Assembly: GCA_037045145.1 (NCBI GenBank)
Contig: JBAOIA010000012.1
Span: forward strand, 857,550 to 921,549
DNA length: 64,000 bases
Direction of reading: 5' to 3'
Origin: Bacteroidia bacterium
GTDB taxonomy: Bacteria > Bacteroidota > Bacteroidia > AKYH767-A > OLB10
Part shown: positions 46,514 through 57,800 of the stretch, in pieces
Layout of the letters: every line of letters starts with the position of its first letter
How positions within the stretch are numbered: the stretch's first letter is position 1
Notes under the pieces: generated by a model
What the model was told of the DNA's origin: nothing
The model's database searches: none
The model's input: the letters and a program-made list of their open reading frames with translations, nothing else
Made by a program: the position numbers and the translations under genes

Positions 46514-47476
46514 ATGCAAGCAGAAGTTGACAACATTTTAAACGTAACGTTATTAGAGCCAAGAATGAAACATCCTACCATTTTCGCACGCTTTGATGAA
46601 CTGAGTCCGGGAGAGAGTTTAACTATTCATAACGATCATGACCCAAAGCCTCTTTATTATCAGCTTTTAGGTGAACGTGGCAACATATTTACATGGGAAT
46701 ATCTGGAACAAGGTCCCCAGTGGTGGAAAGTAAAAATTTCAAAACGCATTAGTGGCGAAAGCGATGAGACCCTCGGAGAAATTGTAGCAAAAGACATGCA
46801 CAAGGCACAAATCTTTAAAAAATATGGTATTGATTTTTGCTGTGGTGGAAAGAAAACGGTTAAACAAGCTTGTGAAGAAAAAGGAATTGATGTTACCCTA
46901 GTTGAACAAGAGTTACAGAAAGCACAAAAAGTAGTTTCCAACAGACCACTACCCTACAATGAATGGAATCTGGATTTTCTGGCAGATTATATTGTGAACA
47001 CACATCACACGTATGTAAAAAATAATCTTCCTGAAATCAGCGGATATGCAGCTAAAGTTGCAAGGGTACATGGGCATAATCATCCTGAGTTATTAAGAAT
47101 AAATCAGTTGGTTGAGGCAATCAGTTCAGAGTTTTCATCACATCTGGTAAAAGAAGAGCAGGTGTTGTTTCCTTATATTAAACGTATGGTAGCAGCAAAA
47201 AACAACAAAGAATCTGTCCAGCAATCATCGATCGGATCAGTAAAAGGGCCAATCAATATGATGGAGATTGAACATGAATCGGCAGGTAAAAATATGAGTG
47301 AAATAAGAACACTCAGTAATGATTTTACTTTACCGGAAGATGCTTGTGCAAGTTACAGTTTACTGTTCAGATTACTTGAAGAATTTGAAGAAGATTTGCA
47401 TACTCATGTGCACCTGGAAAACAACATTCTTTTTCCAAAAGCACTAGAGCTTGAAAAAGAGCTGATAACAAAATAA
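46514..47476 (+). CDS. DUF2249 fused to an iron-sulfur cluster repair di-iron protein (RIC/ScdA/YtfE type: ScdA_N plus a hemerythrin-like domain)
   Basis: The N-terminal 'PTIFARFDELSPGESLTIHNDHDPKPLYYQL' is DUF2249. 'IFKKYGIDFCCGG' is ScdA_N. His/Glu-rich hemerythrin-like helices ('HHTYV...HGHNHPEL...HLENNILFP') follow. Start chosen at the internal ATG 46514. Confidence 0.7.
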   Translation: MQAEVDNILNVTLLEPRMKHPTIFARFDELSPGESLTIHNDHDPKPLYYQLLGERGNIFTWEYLEQGPQWWKVKISKRISGESDETLGEIVAKDMHKAQIFKKYGIDFCCGGKKTVKQACEEKGIDVTLVEQELQKAQKVVSNRPLPYNEWNLDFLADYIVNTHHTYVKNNLPEISGYAAKVARVHGHNHPELLRINQLVEAISSEFSSHLVKEEQVLFPYIKRMVAAKNNKESVQQSSIGSVKGPINMMEIEHESAGKNMSEIRTLSNDFTLPEDACASYSLLFRLLEEFEEDLHTHVHLENNILFPKALELEKELITK

Positions 47477-47562
47477 AAAAAACATTTAGTATTACTTTAT
47501 AGTTCATTTAATTCCGGTAGTGTTTCATTAAATCTGACATAGACGAAAAGTCAATAAATACA

Positions 47563-47633
47563 GAGCAGCAGAAAGGTATGGTTTGTTATGTTTGTGATAC
47601 CAGATGCAATTTTAGCTCTGTATTTATGTCAGG
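47563..47633 (+). other. Nested perfect hairpin in the RIC-cupin intergenic region
   Basis: Outer stem of 11 bp, aaatacagagc/gctctgtattt; inner stem tggtat/atacca with loop ggtttgttatgtttgtg. Confidence 0.5.
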
Positions 47634-47732
47634 TTACTTATGAGTGAATTTCATCTTTATAAATTAAACCTGAAAAAGCTCGTTTTTCCAAATTCAAAGT
47701 ATTCAGAACACTAAATTTTAAATAATTACACA

Positions 47733-48056
47733 ATGGAAAATACTATAAACCCTGCACTTCAAACATGGACATCAGGAAGAGTGAGTGGTTTTTACGGCAA
47801 AGATTTACTGAATCTCAACAATGGTACAGTTAAGTTAGTAAAAATTGATCCACATGCAAAGTATCCGGAACATATACATCCGGACAAAACAGAATATGCA
47901 TTTGTTTTAGAAGGCAATCCGGAGTTTTTTATCGAAGGCACTCATTATTCAGGTCAGCCGGGTGAATTTTTTATTTTCCCATCAGCGAAAAAGCATGCCA
48001 TACAAAATAATACACCTTTAGAATGTACATTACTGATTGGTGCTATAACGGTTTAA
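47733..48056 (+). CDS. Cupin-domain protein
   Basis: 'KYPEHIHPDKTEYAFVLEG...GEFFIFP' is the two-motif cupin pattern. Confidence 0.7.
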   Translation: MENTINPALQTWTSGRVSGFYGKDLLNLNNGTVKLVKIDPHAKYPEHIHPDKTEYAFVLEGNPEFFIEGTHYSGQPGEFFIFPSAKKHAIQNNTPLECTLLIGAITV

Positions 48057-48114
48057 AACAGTGAATCAAACCAATATCTTACTATAATTATGTACTGTTA
48101 TTAAATGTTCTTCG

Positions 48115-48921
48115 ATGACTATAAATGCCAATACAAAAATTGCTACTATACTAAAACACAATGCCGATGCACTTGATGCTATTGTAAGTATCAGTCCTAA
48201 GTTTGAAAAACTACGTAATCCGTTGTTAAGAAAAATTATGGCAGGTCGTACAAGTTTGGCAATGGCATCAAAAATTGGTGGATGTAGTGTAAATGACTTT
48301 TTTGTAAAGCTGCAACCTTTAGGTTTTGAGATTGACAGCACAATTCAAGCAATTGAGAAACCGGTCAGTAAAATGCCTGAGGTTTTTAATTCATTAAAAA
48401 AGGAGAATATTGTTTCACTTGATGTAAGACCTGTTTTAGCTACAGGCAGTGATCCATTAAACCTGATTCTTGAAAAAGTCAACAGTCTGGAAGCGGGAAA
48501 ATGCTTAAAAATCATTAACACTTTTGAGCCTACTCCACTCATCAACATGTTAGAGAAAAAAGGTTTTATAACTTATACAGACACCATTAGTGATGACCTC
48601 ATAGAAACATACTTCTACAAAAAGTCAGACAACAAGGGCGAAATAAATCCTGCTATTAACGCTTCTGGTGGATGGGATGAAATGATACAACATTACAGCA
48701 ACAAACTTCAAACTATTGATGTTCGTGCTTTGGAGATGCCACTTCCAATGTTAACCATTCTTGATTCATTAGAAAAACTACCATCTGATTATGCATTATA
48801 TGTTTATCATAAACGTATTCCTGTATTTTTGCTACCCGAATTAGCTGAAAAAAAATTCGATTATCGAATAAAAGAAATTTCTGATGGTGAAGTGCACCTG
48901 CTTATTTTTAAGATGTTATGA
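48115..48921 (+). CDS. DUF1858 domain protein with two C-terminal DUF2249-like modules
   Basis: The N-terminal 'IATILKHNADALDAIVSISPKFEKLRNPLLRKIMAGRTSLAMASKIGG' is DUF1858-like. Two DUF2249-like repeats follow ('DVRPVLATGSDPL...', 'DVRALEMPLPM...'). Confidence 0.6.
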   Translation: MTINANTKIATILKHNADALDAIVSISPKFEKLRNPLLRKIMAGRTSLAMASKIGGCSVNDFFVKLQPLGFEIDSTIQAIEKPVSKMPEVFNSLKKENIVSLDVRPVLATGSDPLNLILEKVNSLEAGKCLKIINTFEPTPLINMLEKKGFITYTDTISDDLIETYFYKKSDNKGEINPAINASGGWDEMIQHYSNKLQTIDVRALEMPLPMLTILDSLEKLPSDYALYVYHKRIPVFLLPELAEKKFDYRIKEISDGEVHLLIFKML

Positions 48922-48929
48922 ATTAAAGT

Positions 48930-50210
48930 ATGATCATTACTGATTCTATAAAAACAACCTCCTATAAAGTAGTGTTGCCCTTTTATATTTATGCCGCATT
49001 TGCTTTTTTAATTTCTGCCATACTACTTTTAACGTCTTCTTCTGCTTTTACAGATCATTACTTTCAGCCTCACATTTTAGCCATCACACACCTGATGGCA
49101 TTGGGTTGGGGAACAATGATTATTCTAGGTGCTAGTCATCAACTTGTACCTGTACTGATTGAAGGAAAACTTTACAGTGATAAATTAGCATATGCTTCAT
49201 TTGTTTTTGCCGGAATTGGTATTCCATTACTAGTCTATGGATTTTATGCATTCAACATGCACAATCCTGCCAAATGGGGTGGCAGATTCATCTTATTGTC
49301 AATCATTGCATATTTAATTAATCTTGGGGTAAGCATGTCGCATAGCAAGAAAGAAAACATACACGCTTTATTTGTTTTTACCTCGGTATTGTGGTTGTTT
49401 CTTACAGGTGCTTTAGGACTTGCCTTAGTATATAACTTTACTTTCAATATGTTTCCGCATGATTCTTTACACTACCTTCCACTTCATGTGCATGCAGGTG
49501 TAATTGGCTGGTTTCTGATGTTGATAATAGGTGTAGGCTCAAGACTGATTCCCATGTTCTTGATTTCAAAATATACCAGCACAAAACTGCTGAAGTGGAT
49601 TTTTGTACTCATAAACGGGGCGCTAATATCTTATATCCTGATTTTCTATTTTATTAAAATTACAGAAGTTATTTTATTGCCCTGGCTAATGCTTTTTGCA
49701 GGAATTGCACTCTTCATTTTTTATTGCTATTCGGCTTTCAAACATCGTATAAGAAAACAGGTTGATGAGCCCATGAAGGTTTCATTACTTGCTGTAATGC
49801 TGATAATAATTCCATTAATATTGTTGCTTATTGCTATTGTTACTGCCACCTTATACGCGCAGGAAAATATTGCATTGTCTTTGAGTTATGGATTTTTAAT
49901 TTTCTTTGGATGGATAACTGCAATTATTTTGGGAATGACCTTTAAAACACTACCATTTATTGTGTGGAATAAGGTTTATCATAAACGCTCCGGAATCGGA
50001 AAAACTCCTAACCCAAAAGATTTATTTAGTAACACAGCTTTTAAAGTTATGAGTATGTCCTATATTGCAGGATTACTTTTATTTGTAACAGGTAGTTTAA
50101 TGATTCAACTGTTATTAATTCAATGTGGTGCTGTTCTCATACTTACTGCAGCCTCACTATACGTGTTTAATGTTTTAAAAGTAGTTACACATAAACCCCG
50201 GCAAATATGA
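48930..50210 (+). CDS. Polytopic membrane protein, possibly NnrS-like (NO-response heme-copper membrane protein)
   Basis: It has about 12 predicted TM helices with conserved His in several of them ('HLMALGWGT...ASHQLVP', 'HVHAGVIGW'). The family assignment is tentative and rests mainly on genomic context. Confidence 0.35.
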   Translation: MIITDSIKTTSYKVVLPFYIYAAFAFLISAILLLTSSSAFTDHYFQPHILAITHLMALGWGTMIILGASHQLVPVLIEGKLYSDKLAYASFVFAGIGIPLLVYGFYAFNMHNPAKWGGRFILLSIIAYLINLGVSMSHSKKENIHALFVFTSVLWLFLTGALGLALVYNFTFNMFPHDSLHYLPLHVHAGVIGWFLMLIIGVGSRLIPMFLISKYTSTKLLKWIFVLINGALISYILIFYFIKITEVILLPWLMLFAGIALFIFYCYSAFKHRIRKQVDEPMKVSLLAVMLIIIPLILLLIAIVTATLYAQENIALSLSYGFLIFFGWITAIILGMTFKTLPFIVWNKVYHKRSGIGKTPNPKDLFSNTAFKVMSMSYIAGLLLFVTGSLMIQLLLIQCGAVLILTAASLYVFNVLKVVTHKPRQI

Positions 50211-50530
50211 ATGTAAAAACAAATAACAATTTAAAGTGTACAGTTGCTTTGGCAGCACTTGAGCATGTTGATGATCCTGAAATAGGACTCAATGTTGTTG
50301 ACTTAGGATTGATATATGAAATTAATTTCGATGAGGAAGCAAAAAAAATAGCATGTACAATGACCTTAACAACTGAATTTTGTCCGATGGGTGAATCCAT
50401 AACAGAAAATGCTAGAAATGCAGTACAACAAGTGTTTCCGGAATATTCAATAGATTTGAACCTGACTTTTGATCCATCATGGAATCCGGAAATGATTTCG
50501 GAAGAAGGTCGAACATTTTTAGGACGATAG
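50207..50530 (+). CDS. DUF59 (MIP18/SufT-like) Fe-S assembly-associated protein
   Basis: 'VDDPEIGLNVVDLGLIY...TMTLTTEFCPMGESI' contains the conserved DUF59 Cys. An ATGA overlap joins it to the upstream gene. Confidence 0.75.
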   Translation: MNVKTNNNLKCTVALAALEHVDDPEIGLNVVDLGLIYEINFDEEAKKIACTMTLTTEFCPMGESITENARNAVQQVFPEYSIDLNLTFDPSWNPEMISEEGRTFLGR

Positions 50531-50532
50531 TT

Positions 50533-50964
50533 ATGCTAAGTTTAAGTTGTAAAGCCGCAATTAAAGCAGTCATTTTTCTCGGTTCGAAGTATGAATCGGG
50601 AGACAAAAGCGGTATAAAAGAAATTTCTAAACACATCAATGAAAACGAACATACCGTTGGGAAAATTTTACAAAAGCTGGTAAAGAACAATATCATAAAT
50701 AGCGTTAAAGGTCCTAATGGTGGTTTTTATATTACACTAAAACAACGAAACCAATCCGTCATTAATATTGTTGAGGCAATTGACGGCAAAGATGTTTTTA
50801 AACAATGCGGCTTAGGTTTAACAAAATGTTCAGAGTCGCATCCTTGCCCTTTTCATAATGATTTTAAACCGGTGCGTGAGATGTTCAAAAGTATGTGTAC
50901 ACAAAAAAGAGTTTGTGATTTATATCAACATGTCAATAGCGGACTCTCCTATTTAGTTGGATAA
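50533..50964 (+). CDS. Rrf2-family transcriptional regulator (NsrR/IscR-like, 3 Cys)
   Basis: 'MLSLSCKAAIKAVIFLG...ISKHINENEHTVGKILQKL' is a winged HTH. C-terminal 'C...C.....C' cluster ligands are present. Start chosen at the internal ATG. Confidence 0.8.
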   Translation: MLSLSCKAAIKAVIFLGSKYESGDKSGIKEISKHINENEHTVGKILQKLVKNNIINSVKGPNGGFYITLKQRNQSVINIVEAIDGKDVFKQCGLGLTKCSESHPCPFHNDFKPVREMFKSMCTQKRVCDLYQHVNSGLSYLVG

Positions 50965-51053
50965 AAAACTAATGTCCTGACGTAAAAAGTTATTGATGCC
51001 TTTTATTAATATAAAAATTGCTTTCGGCATAACAGAAAAAGTGAAATGAAAAA

Positions 51054-52046
51054 CTAACTGAAGACTTTACGTGCTATAATAAAAATAATAGCTGCCAAAG
51101 CCCCGGAAACAGGAATGGTAAGAACCCATGCCCAAACAAGTTGAAGTGTAACACCCCAACGAACTGCAGAAATTCTTTTTGTAAGTCCAACACCAATAAT
51201 AGAACCTGTAATGGTATGTGTTGTACTTACCGGTATTTTAAAATGTTGTGTAAAAAACAATGTAAATGCACCTGCTGCTTCAGCACTAAATCCTTCAAAG
51301 GGAGTAAGCTTGGTTACCCGTTGTCCCATCGTTTTTACAATTCGCCATCCGCCAAACATTGTTCCTAAAGCAATAGCTGTATAACAAGAAAGAGGAACCC
51401 ACTCAGGTATGTGGTCAATATCCGAAATCATTCCATGTGAGAGCATAGCAGCTCCAACAATTCCAATTACTTTTTGAGCATCGTTGCCACCATGTCCAAG
51501 GCTATATGCCGCTGATGATAGCAATTGCAATTTTCTGAAAATCCTATCTACCTGAGATACATTTGATTTTCGGCACAAATGAATTGTAATAACAGAAATT
51601 ATCCACGACACAATCATTCCAAGAATTGGAGCTAAAATGATAAAATAGACCGTTGGCATTACTTTATCAACCTGCAACGCACTAAAGCTTCCTGCATTTG
51701 CAATACCTGCACCTGCAAAACCTCCAATAAGTGTATGCGATGAACTGCTTGGAATTCCCCACCACCAGGTAAGCAAATTCCAAATAATAGCAGCAACAAG
51801 ACCCGATGCAACTACCATTAAGGTTACACTGTCGGGTGTTACTGTTTTGGCAACGGTGTCTGCGACTTTTAGTTTAAAAATCCAATAAGCAAGAAAATTA
51901 AATGAAGCCGCCCAAATAACTGCTGTCAGCGGGCTTAACACTTTTGTTGATACAACTGTGGCTATGGAGTTTGCAGCATCATGAAACCCATTAATAAAAT
52001 CGAAAACTAAGGCAAGAATGATTATCGCAATAAGTGCATGGGTCAT
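51054..52046 (-). CDS. Inorganic phosphate transporter, PiT family
   Basis: 'LVFDFINGFHDAANSIATVV' is the PiT signature, and it recurs in the C-terminal half. Confidence 0.9.
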   Translation of the reverse strand: MTHALIAIIILALVFDFINGFHDAANSIATVVSTKVLSPLTAVIWAASFNFLAYWIFKLKVADTVAKTVTPDSVTLMVVASGLVAAIIWNLLTWWWGIPSSSSHTLIGGFAGAGIANAGSFSALQVDKVMPTVYFIILAPILGMIVSWIISVITIHLCRKSNVSQVDRIFRKLQLLSSAAYSLGHGGNDAQKVIGIVGAAMLSHGMISDIDHIPEWVPLSCYTAIALGTMFGGWRIVKTMGQRVTKLTPFEGFSAEAAGAFTLFFTQHFKIPVSTTHTITGSIIGVGLTKRISAVRWGVTLQLVWAWVLTIPVSGALAAIIFIIARKVFS

Positions 52047-52050
52047 ATCA

Positions 52051-52689
52051 TCAAGCCATTTTAACTATAATAGAATCTATGACATTGGCAGCATCTTCGC
52101 ACATATCAGTTGCCGTTTCCAGTGCTGACAAAATTTCCTTGGTCTTAATTATCTCAACTGCATTAGTTTCTGTTTCAAACAGCCTTGCTACTGCATTATC
52201 AAAAATATCATCAGCATGATTTTCAATTGAGTTAATCAGAACCAGCGACTCTGAGATATTGCGCATATTCTTTTTATTCTTCAGCTCATAAATAACACGT
52301 CTTAGCTCTTCTGTTTGTGTTTGAAGCAACTCAGAAAGTTTCACCATGTCTGAAGAAAATTCTTTCACTTTATATAAATCTATTCTTTTTGATGAACCAT
52401 GAATATAATCAAGTATATCATCTATAGCACTCACCAGTCTGTGAATGTCTTCTCTATCAAAAGGTGTAATAAAATTTCGGCTCAGTTCCTTAAAAATCTC
52501 ATGTGTAATTTCATCTCCACGGTGTTCAAGTCTTTCTATTTCACGAATTAATTGTTTGCGTTGAGTGGCATCGGTTGAGGTAACTAACTGACACATGGTT
52601 TTTCCGGCTTCCTGCAGGTTTAATGCTGCCTGGTCAAAAAGTGGAAAAAACTTTTTATCCTGAGGGATAAAATATTGAATAAATGACAT
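52051..52689 (-). CDS. DUF47 (PhoU-like) phosphate transport regulator, partner of PiT
   Basis: Start 'MSFIQYFIPQDKKFF...'; the usual pairing with PiT, with a 4-nt spacing between the genes. Confidence 0.8.
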   Translation of the reverse strand: MSFIQYFIPQDKKFFPLFDQAALNLQEAGKTMCQLVTSTDATQRKQLIREIERLEHRGDEITHEIFKELSRNFITPFDREDIHRLVSAIDDILDYIHGSSKRIDLYKVKEFSSDMVKLSELLQTQTEELRRVIYELKNKKNMRNISESLVLINSIENHADDIFDNAVARLFETETNAVEIIKTKEILSALETATDMCEDAANVIDSIIVKMA

Positions 52690-52800
52690 AAACCGATGTT
52701 TATTTAAAAGAATTATGCCGCAAAACTAAAAACACTGAGCAAAAATCGAAGTAATGTTAATAAAAAGTTATTCAAATAAATACATTATTTTTGAATCCTT

Positions 52801-54201
52801 ATGAATATAACTTTTTATGGTGCTGCCCGAAATGTTACAGGCAGTAAGCACCTGATAGAGACTTCATCCGGCAAAAAAATATTACTTGATTGCGGATTTT
52901 TTCAAAACAGAGGTAAAGATAATGACAGGCTTAATCGCAGCTTTAACTTTGACCCTCAACAAATTGACCTGATGATTTTGTCACATGCCCACATAGATCA
53001 TTCCGGTAATATTCCAAATCTTGTAAAACAAGGATTTAATAAAACCATCTTTACCACACAAGCTACTATTGATCTTTGTGAAGTGATGCTTGCCGATAGT
53101 GCCTATATTCAAAGTGGAGATATTGAATATGTCAACAGAAGACGAAAAAGGAACGGACAAAGTGCACTTGAAGCCATTTATGAAATTGAAGATGTAGAAA
53201 AAGCCATGAAGCTTTTTGCACCTGTGGCTGTCAACAAACGTTTTCATTTTGACGATGAAATTGCCTTTGAATTTACCGATGCAGGCCATATTTTAGGTAG
53301 CGTGAGTGTACATGTTTTCATTACAGAAAAAGGCAATACAAAACAAATAACTTTTAGTGGTGATGTAGGTCGTTTTAATGACTTAATCTTAAAAGCCCCT
53401 GCCCCTTTTTCGCAGGCTGATTACATTTTGTGTGAATCTACCTATGGAAACAAACTCCACGACCAATCAACAGATGCACGACAGAAATTATTACAAATTG
53501 TCAATAAAACATGTGTTGATCAAAAAGGCAAACTGATAATACCGGCATTCAGCCTGGGCCGTACTCAGGAAATTATTTACACATTAGACCGTTTTAAGAC
53601 AGAAAACAAACTGCCATCAATACCTGTTTTTGTTGACAGCCCTCTTGCTATTGATGCAACTAATATTATGCGCAAACACAGTGAGTTTTTTAATGCTGAC
53701 CTTGTAAATTACCTTCATTATGATGATGACCCATTTGGATTCAGCAATCTCAAATATGTTAGAAAAGTTGAAGAGTCTAAAAAAATTAATGACCTGAAAG
53801 GTCCTTGTATCATTATTTCTGCTTCAGGAATGATTGAAGCCGGCAGGATAAAACATCATATTAAGAACAACATTAATGACAGCCGAAACACCATTCTTAT
53901 TGTTGGCTATTGTACACCTGAGTCAATTGGCGGGCATTTAATGCGAGGGGATAAAATCATTAAAATTTTTGGTAATGAATACCCTGTGAAAGCCAATGTT
54001 GAAGTAATTTCTTCCTTCAGTGCACATGCCGATTATTTGGAGTTGATAAAATATCTGTCTTGTCAGGATGCCTCTGCGGTTAAAAAACTTTTTTTGGTAC
54101 ATGGCGAATATGAAGTTCAAAAAGAGTTTAAAGAGAAATTAATTGAGGCTGGTTTTAAAAATGTTGAAATTCCGGAAGAATTACAATCCTTTAAACTTTA
54201 A
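52801..54201 (+). CDS. MBL-fold metallo-hydrolase of the beta-CASP RNA-metabolising family
   Basis: 'LSHAHIDHSGNIP' (HxHxDH), the beta-CASP motifs and the C-terminal '...SAHAD' are present. Confidence 0.75.
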   Translation: MNITFYGAARNVTGSKHLIETSSGKKILLDCGFFQNRGKDNDRLNRSFNFDPQQIDLMILSHAHIDHSGNIPNLVKQGFNKTIFTTQATIDLCEVMLADSAYIQSGDIEYVNRRRKRNGQSALEAIYEIEDVEKAMKLFAPVAVNKRFHFDDEIAFEFTDAGHILGSVSVHVFITEKGNTKQITFSGDVGRFNDLILKAPAPFSQADYILCESTYGNKLHDQSTDARQKLLQIVNKTCVDQKGKLIIPAFSLGRTQEIIYTLDRFKTENKLPSIPVFVDSPLAIDATNIMRKHSEFFNADLVNYLHYDDDPFGFSNLKYVRKVEESKKINDLKGPCIIISASGMIEAGRIKHHIKNNINDSRNTILIVGYCTPESIGGHLMRGDKIIKIFGNEYPVKANVEVISSFSAHADYLELIKYLSCQDASAVKKLFLVHGEYEVQKEFKEKLIEAGFKNVEIPEELQSFKL

Positions 54202-54775
54202 GATTACTCAAGAAGGTAATCATTTTGCCTAATGCAATTTGTCTGTGACTGATTTTATTTTTTTCGTCAGCTGTCATTTCTGCAAAGGTTCGATTATAGC
54301 CATCAGGCATAAAAACAGGATCATATCCAAATCCTGAACTGCCACGTTCTGTATGGGTGATATTTCCATAGATTCTTCCTTCAAAATAATTTGCCTTACC
54401 ACCACAAATTAGGCAAATAACGGTAACAAAACAGGCCTTTCTGTCCTTTATTCCTGAAAGATCCGCCAACAACTTCCTCCTATTTTCGGCATCGGTGGCA
54501 TTTTTACCGGCATAGCGTGCCGAATAGATTCCCGGTGCATCATTTAATGCTGTAACACACAAGCCACTGTCATCAGCAAAACAATTCTTCTTAGTAAGTA
54601 ATGCAACGGCACTGGCTTTTAGAAAGGCATTTTCCTGAAAAGTGGTTCCGGTTTCATCAATATCGGATTCAATTCCGGCCTCAGAAAGAGAATGAAAAAT
54701 GTAACCGAAGGGCAGCATTTTACGTATCTCTTGCAATTTATGATTATTGTTGGAACAAAATATTAACTCATTCAT
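54191..54775 (-). CDS. rdgB: Non-canonical purine NTP pyrophosphatase (RdgB/HAM1)
   Basis: 'FGYDPVFMPDGYNRTFAEM...KNKISHR' is the ITPase signature. Confidence 0.85.
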   Translation of the reverse strand: MNELIFCSNNNHKLQEIRKMLPFGYIFHSLSEAGIESDIDETGTTFQENAFLKASAVALLTKKNCFADDSGLCVTALNDAPGIYSARYAGKNATDAENRRKLLADLSGIKDRKACFVTVICLICGGKANYFEGRIYGNITHTERGSSGFGYDPVFMPDGYNRTFAEMTADEKNKISHRQIALGKMITFLSNLKV

Positions 54776-54826
54776 TTTTTAAGTCAAAAATATATACATT
54801 TACTTTGTTTTAAAAACCACCTTAAA

Positions 54827-57800
54827 ATGCAGAAAATATTTTTTGCTTTATCACTGTTATTCAGTTTAAGCAGAAATGCACAAGCACAATGCCCTACTGC
54901 CTCATTCTCATTACCTGACACTGTTTGCAGCGGCACTGCGCTACCCCTGATAAATACCTCTACAGGAAACGGATTAACCTATCAATGGGATTTCTGTCCA
55001 CGCGAAATTCATGGCTTAACATCCTATAAATATTTCAGGTATAGCAACTATGTCTTAAATACAATGACTGATATGGATTTGCTAAAAGTAGGAAATGGCT
55101 ATTATCTGATAACCATGGACAGCATAAGCAATAATTTTGTGGTAGGCTATATTGGTAACCATCTTTCAAATGAAGCAATCAGCCCAATAATTAATGGTGG
55201 TTTTACAAAATTAAATTGCTTTGACTTTATTGTTGAAGGCGATACCAATGTTTATGGATTAGCCGCCTACTCTCCTACCAGCACATTATATTTGATGACT
55301 TTCCCGGGTGGAATTCAGTCAACACCTGTTTTAACTCCATTGCCATCATTTAACTCAATAGCAAACCCTGCAGATATTAAAATTGTTCATGCTGACCAAA
55401 ATTATTATGCCTTTATAGCAAGTACAGGGAACGGAAATGTTTCCTGCCTTTCATTTGGCAACACAATGACAAATACGCCTACAGAATTATATAACTTTAA
55501 CATTTCCGGAAGTATTAAATTATCAGACATTGACATTGTAACAACTTGTGCACCACCTGTAGGTTTTGTTACTGATTCAAAAAATGGCGATCTGACTAAA
55601 TTGTCGTTCGCCAATGGATTTGGCAACGCCCCTACCTTATCTGTTTTTACAGGCACAGGCTCAATTGGCAACAAATCTGTTACAATTACACAAGAATTTG
55701 AAAGCTATTTTGTTTGTTTTACAGATTCAGCTAATAAACAATTAAAATGGTTGCAGTTTAACGATAATAACTTCGCTAATACACCAACCGTTTATACATC
55801 ACCTGCTTTTTATTTTGGCCCCAACCAAGCCGAATCAATTACTGATTCATCAATTACAAGGTTCATTGTAAATGACATTCCTACCCTGAACTTTGTTGAC
55901 ATGCTTTATTTCGATAGTTGTTATACCAAATACAGTGAAGATCAAAATCCTGTTTACAGTTTCTTCAATACAGGGTGGAATAAATTATCATTGACCGTTT
56001 CTGATTCAAATGGATATCAATCCATCGCCTTCGATAGTGTGTTTGTTATAACCGGACCCACATCGCAGTTTAGTTTTTCAGGCAATACTTGTTTTAACCC
56101 TAATGACAGCATCTCTTTTACAGATCAATCTTCTTCTCCCTCCGGACCAGTTACAGGATGGCTGTGGGATTTTGATGATGGAACCACCTCCACACAACAA
56201 AATCCACAACATGCATTTACCTCACCAGGAACCTATCAAGTTAAACTCACCATCACTGCTGGATGTGAAAAAGATACAGTAATACCGATAACTATTCATG
56301 CACTACCGGTTGTAAACTTCACTTATAATTTATCGTGTGCCAATTCTGCAACAACATTAACAGACCAGTCTTCATCGGCTGCAGGCTTACAGTCGTGGGT
56401 ATGGAATTTTGGTGATGGCAGCCTTAGCAGTCAGCTGCAAAATCCTGATCATATATTTCAGTCTGGTGGTAATTACAACGTGCAACTCACAGTAACAGAT
56501 AGTTTGGGATGTATTGATTCCTTAGTCAATACTGTGCAGGTAAAAGCAACCCCAAATGCTGCTTTTCTGACATTGCAAACATGCCTTGGCGACACAGTAA
56601 ACCTAACAAACACTTCAACAATTAGTGACAGCACTGCACTAAGCTACTTTTGGGACTTTGGCAGCGGTATTACTTCAACGCAAACAGATACTGTTATTTA
56701 TTTTACCACAGCAGGAAGCTATCCGGCAACATTAATTGCATATTCATCACAAGGTTGCTCCGACACACTCAATCAGAATATAGTCATTTCAACACCGCCC
56801 TCTGTAAACTTTGGTTTTCCAACAAGTAACTGTCAATACAATGCTATTGCTTTCAGTGATAGTACAATTGGTTTTAATCTTTCATCATGGCAATGGGATT
56901 TTGGTGATGGTGATACTTCTTCTCTTCAAAATCCATCACACGTTTATAATAATGCAGGCAATTACACAGTGCAACTAACCGTTTCTTCAGGTAATGATTG
57001 TGCTGCATCCTACTCTCAAACTATACAAATTCTCGAAGGGCCTTCTGCAGCATTCGTTACAGGCAACGGCTGTCAGGGAGTTTTAACCAATTTTACAGAT
57101 CAATCAACTGTAAGCAGTGGTTCCAGCATTGTGCTATGGAACTGGTATTTTGGTGATGGTGATTCTTCTCAGACACAAAACCCCTCACACATTTACGCAG
57201 TTCCGGGAAGTTATAATGCGTTATTGCGTGTAACATCAAACAACGGTTGCCAGGACACCACATCACAGTTTGTTCAGATTTTTGAAAATCCTGTTGCAGG
57301 CTTCTATGTTCAACCGCTACGCTGTGCCAATACAGAAATATATTTTCTTGATACCAGCATTATAAGTAATGGCAGCATTTCACAATGGCAATGGCAGTTC
57401 AGCAATGGCAACACAAGCAATCTTCCCAATCCGTTTGCTATATTTAACAATGCAGGAAGTGCTTCAGCAACATTGACTGTGACGACATTAGATGGTTGCA
57501 GCAATAGCAAATCATTTAATTTTACTGTGCGATCACAACCGGATTTTACCATATCACATAACGGTGTTTGTAAAGGAAAACAAACTGCATTTAATTATTA
57601 TCCGAATGGAAATATATCTGCCTATGCATGGACATGGTATTTTGGTGACAACACTTATGCCTTTACACCTAACGCCACACACTTATATGCTTCCACAGGA
57701 ACCTATCCGTTTTCAATGGCTGTGACAGATTCATTCGGTTGCCAAAAAACAATTTACGACACATTGACCATATATCCTACTCCTGATGCAGCTTTCATAT

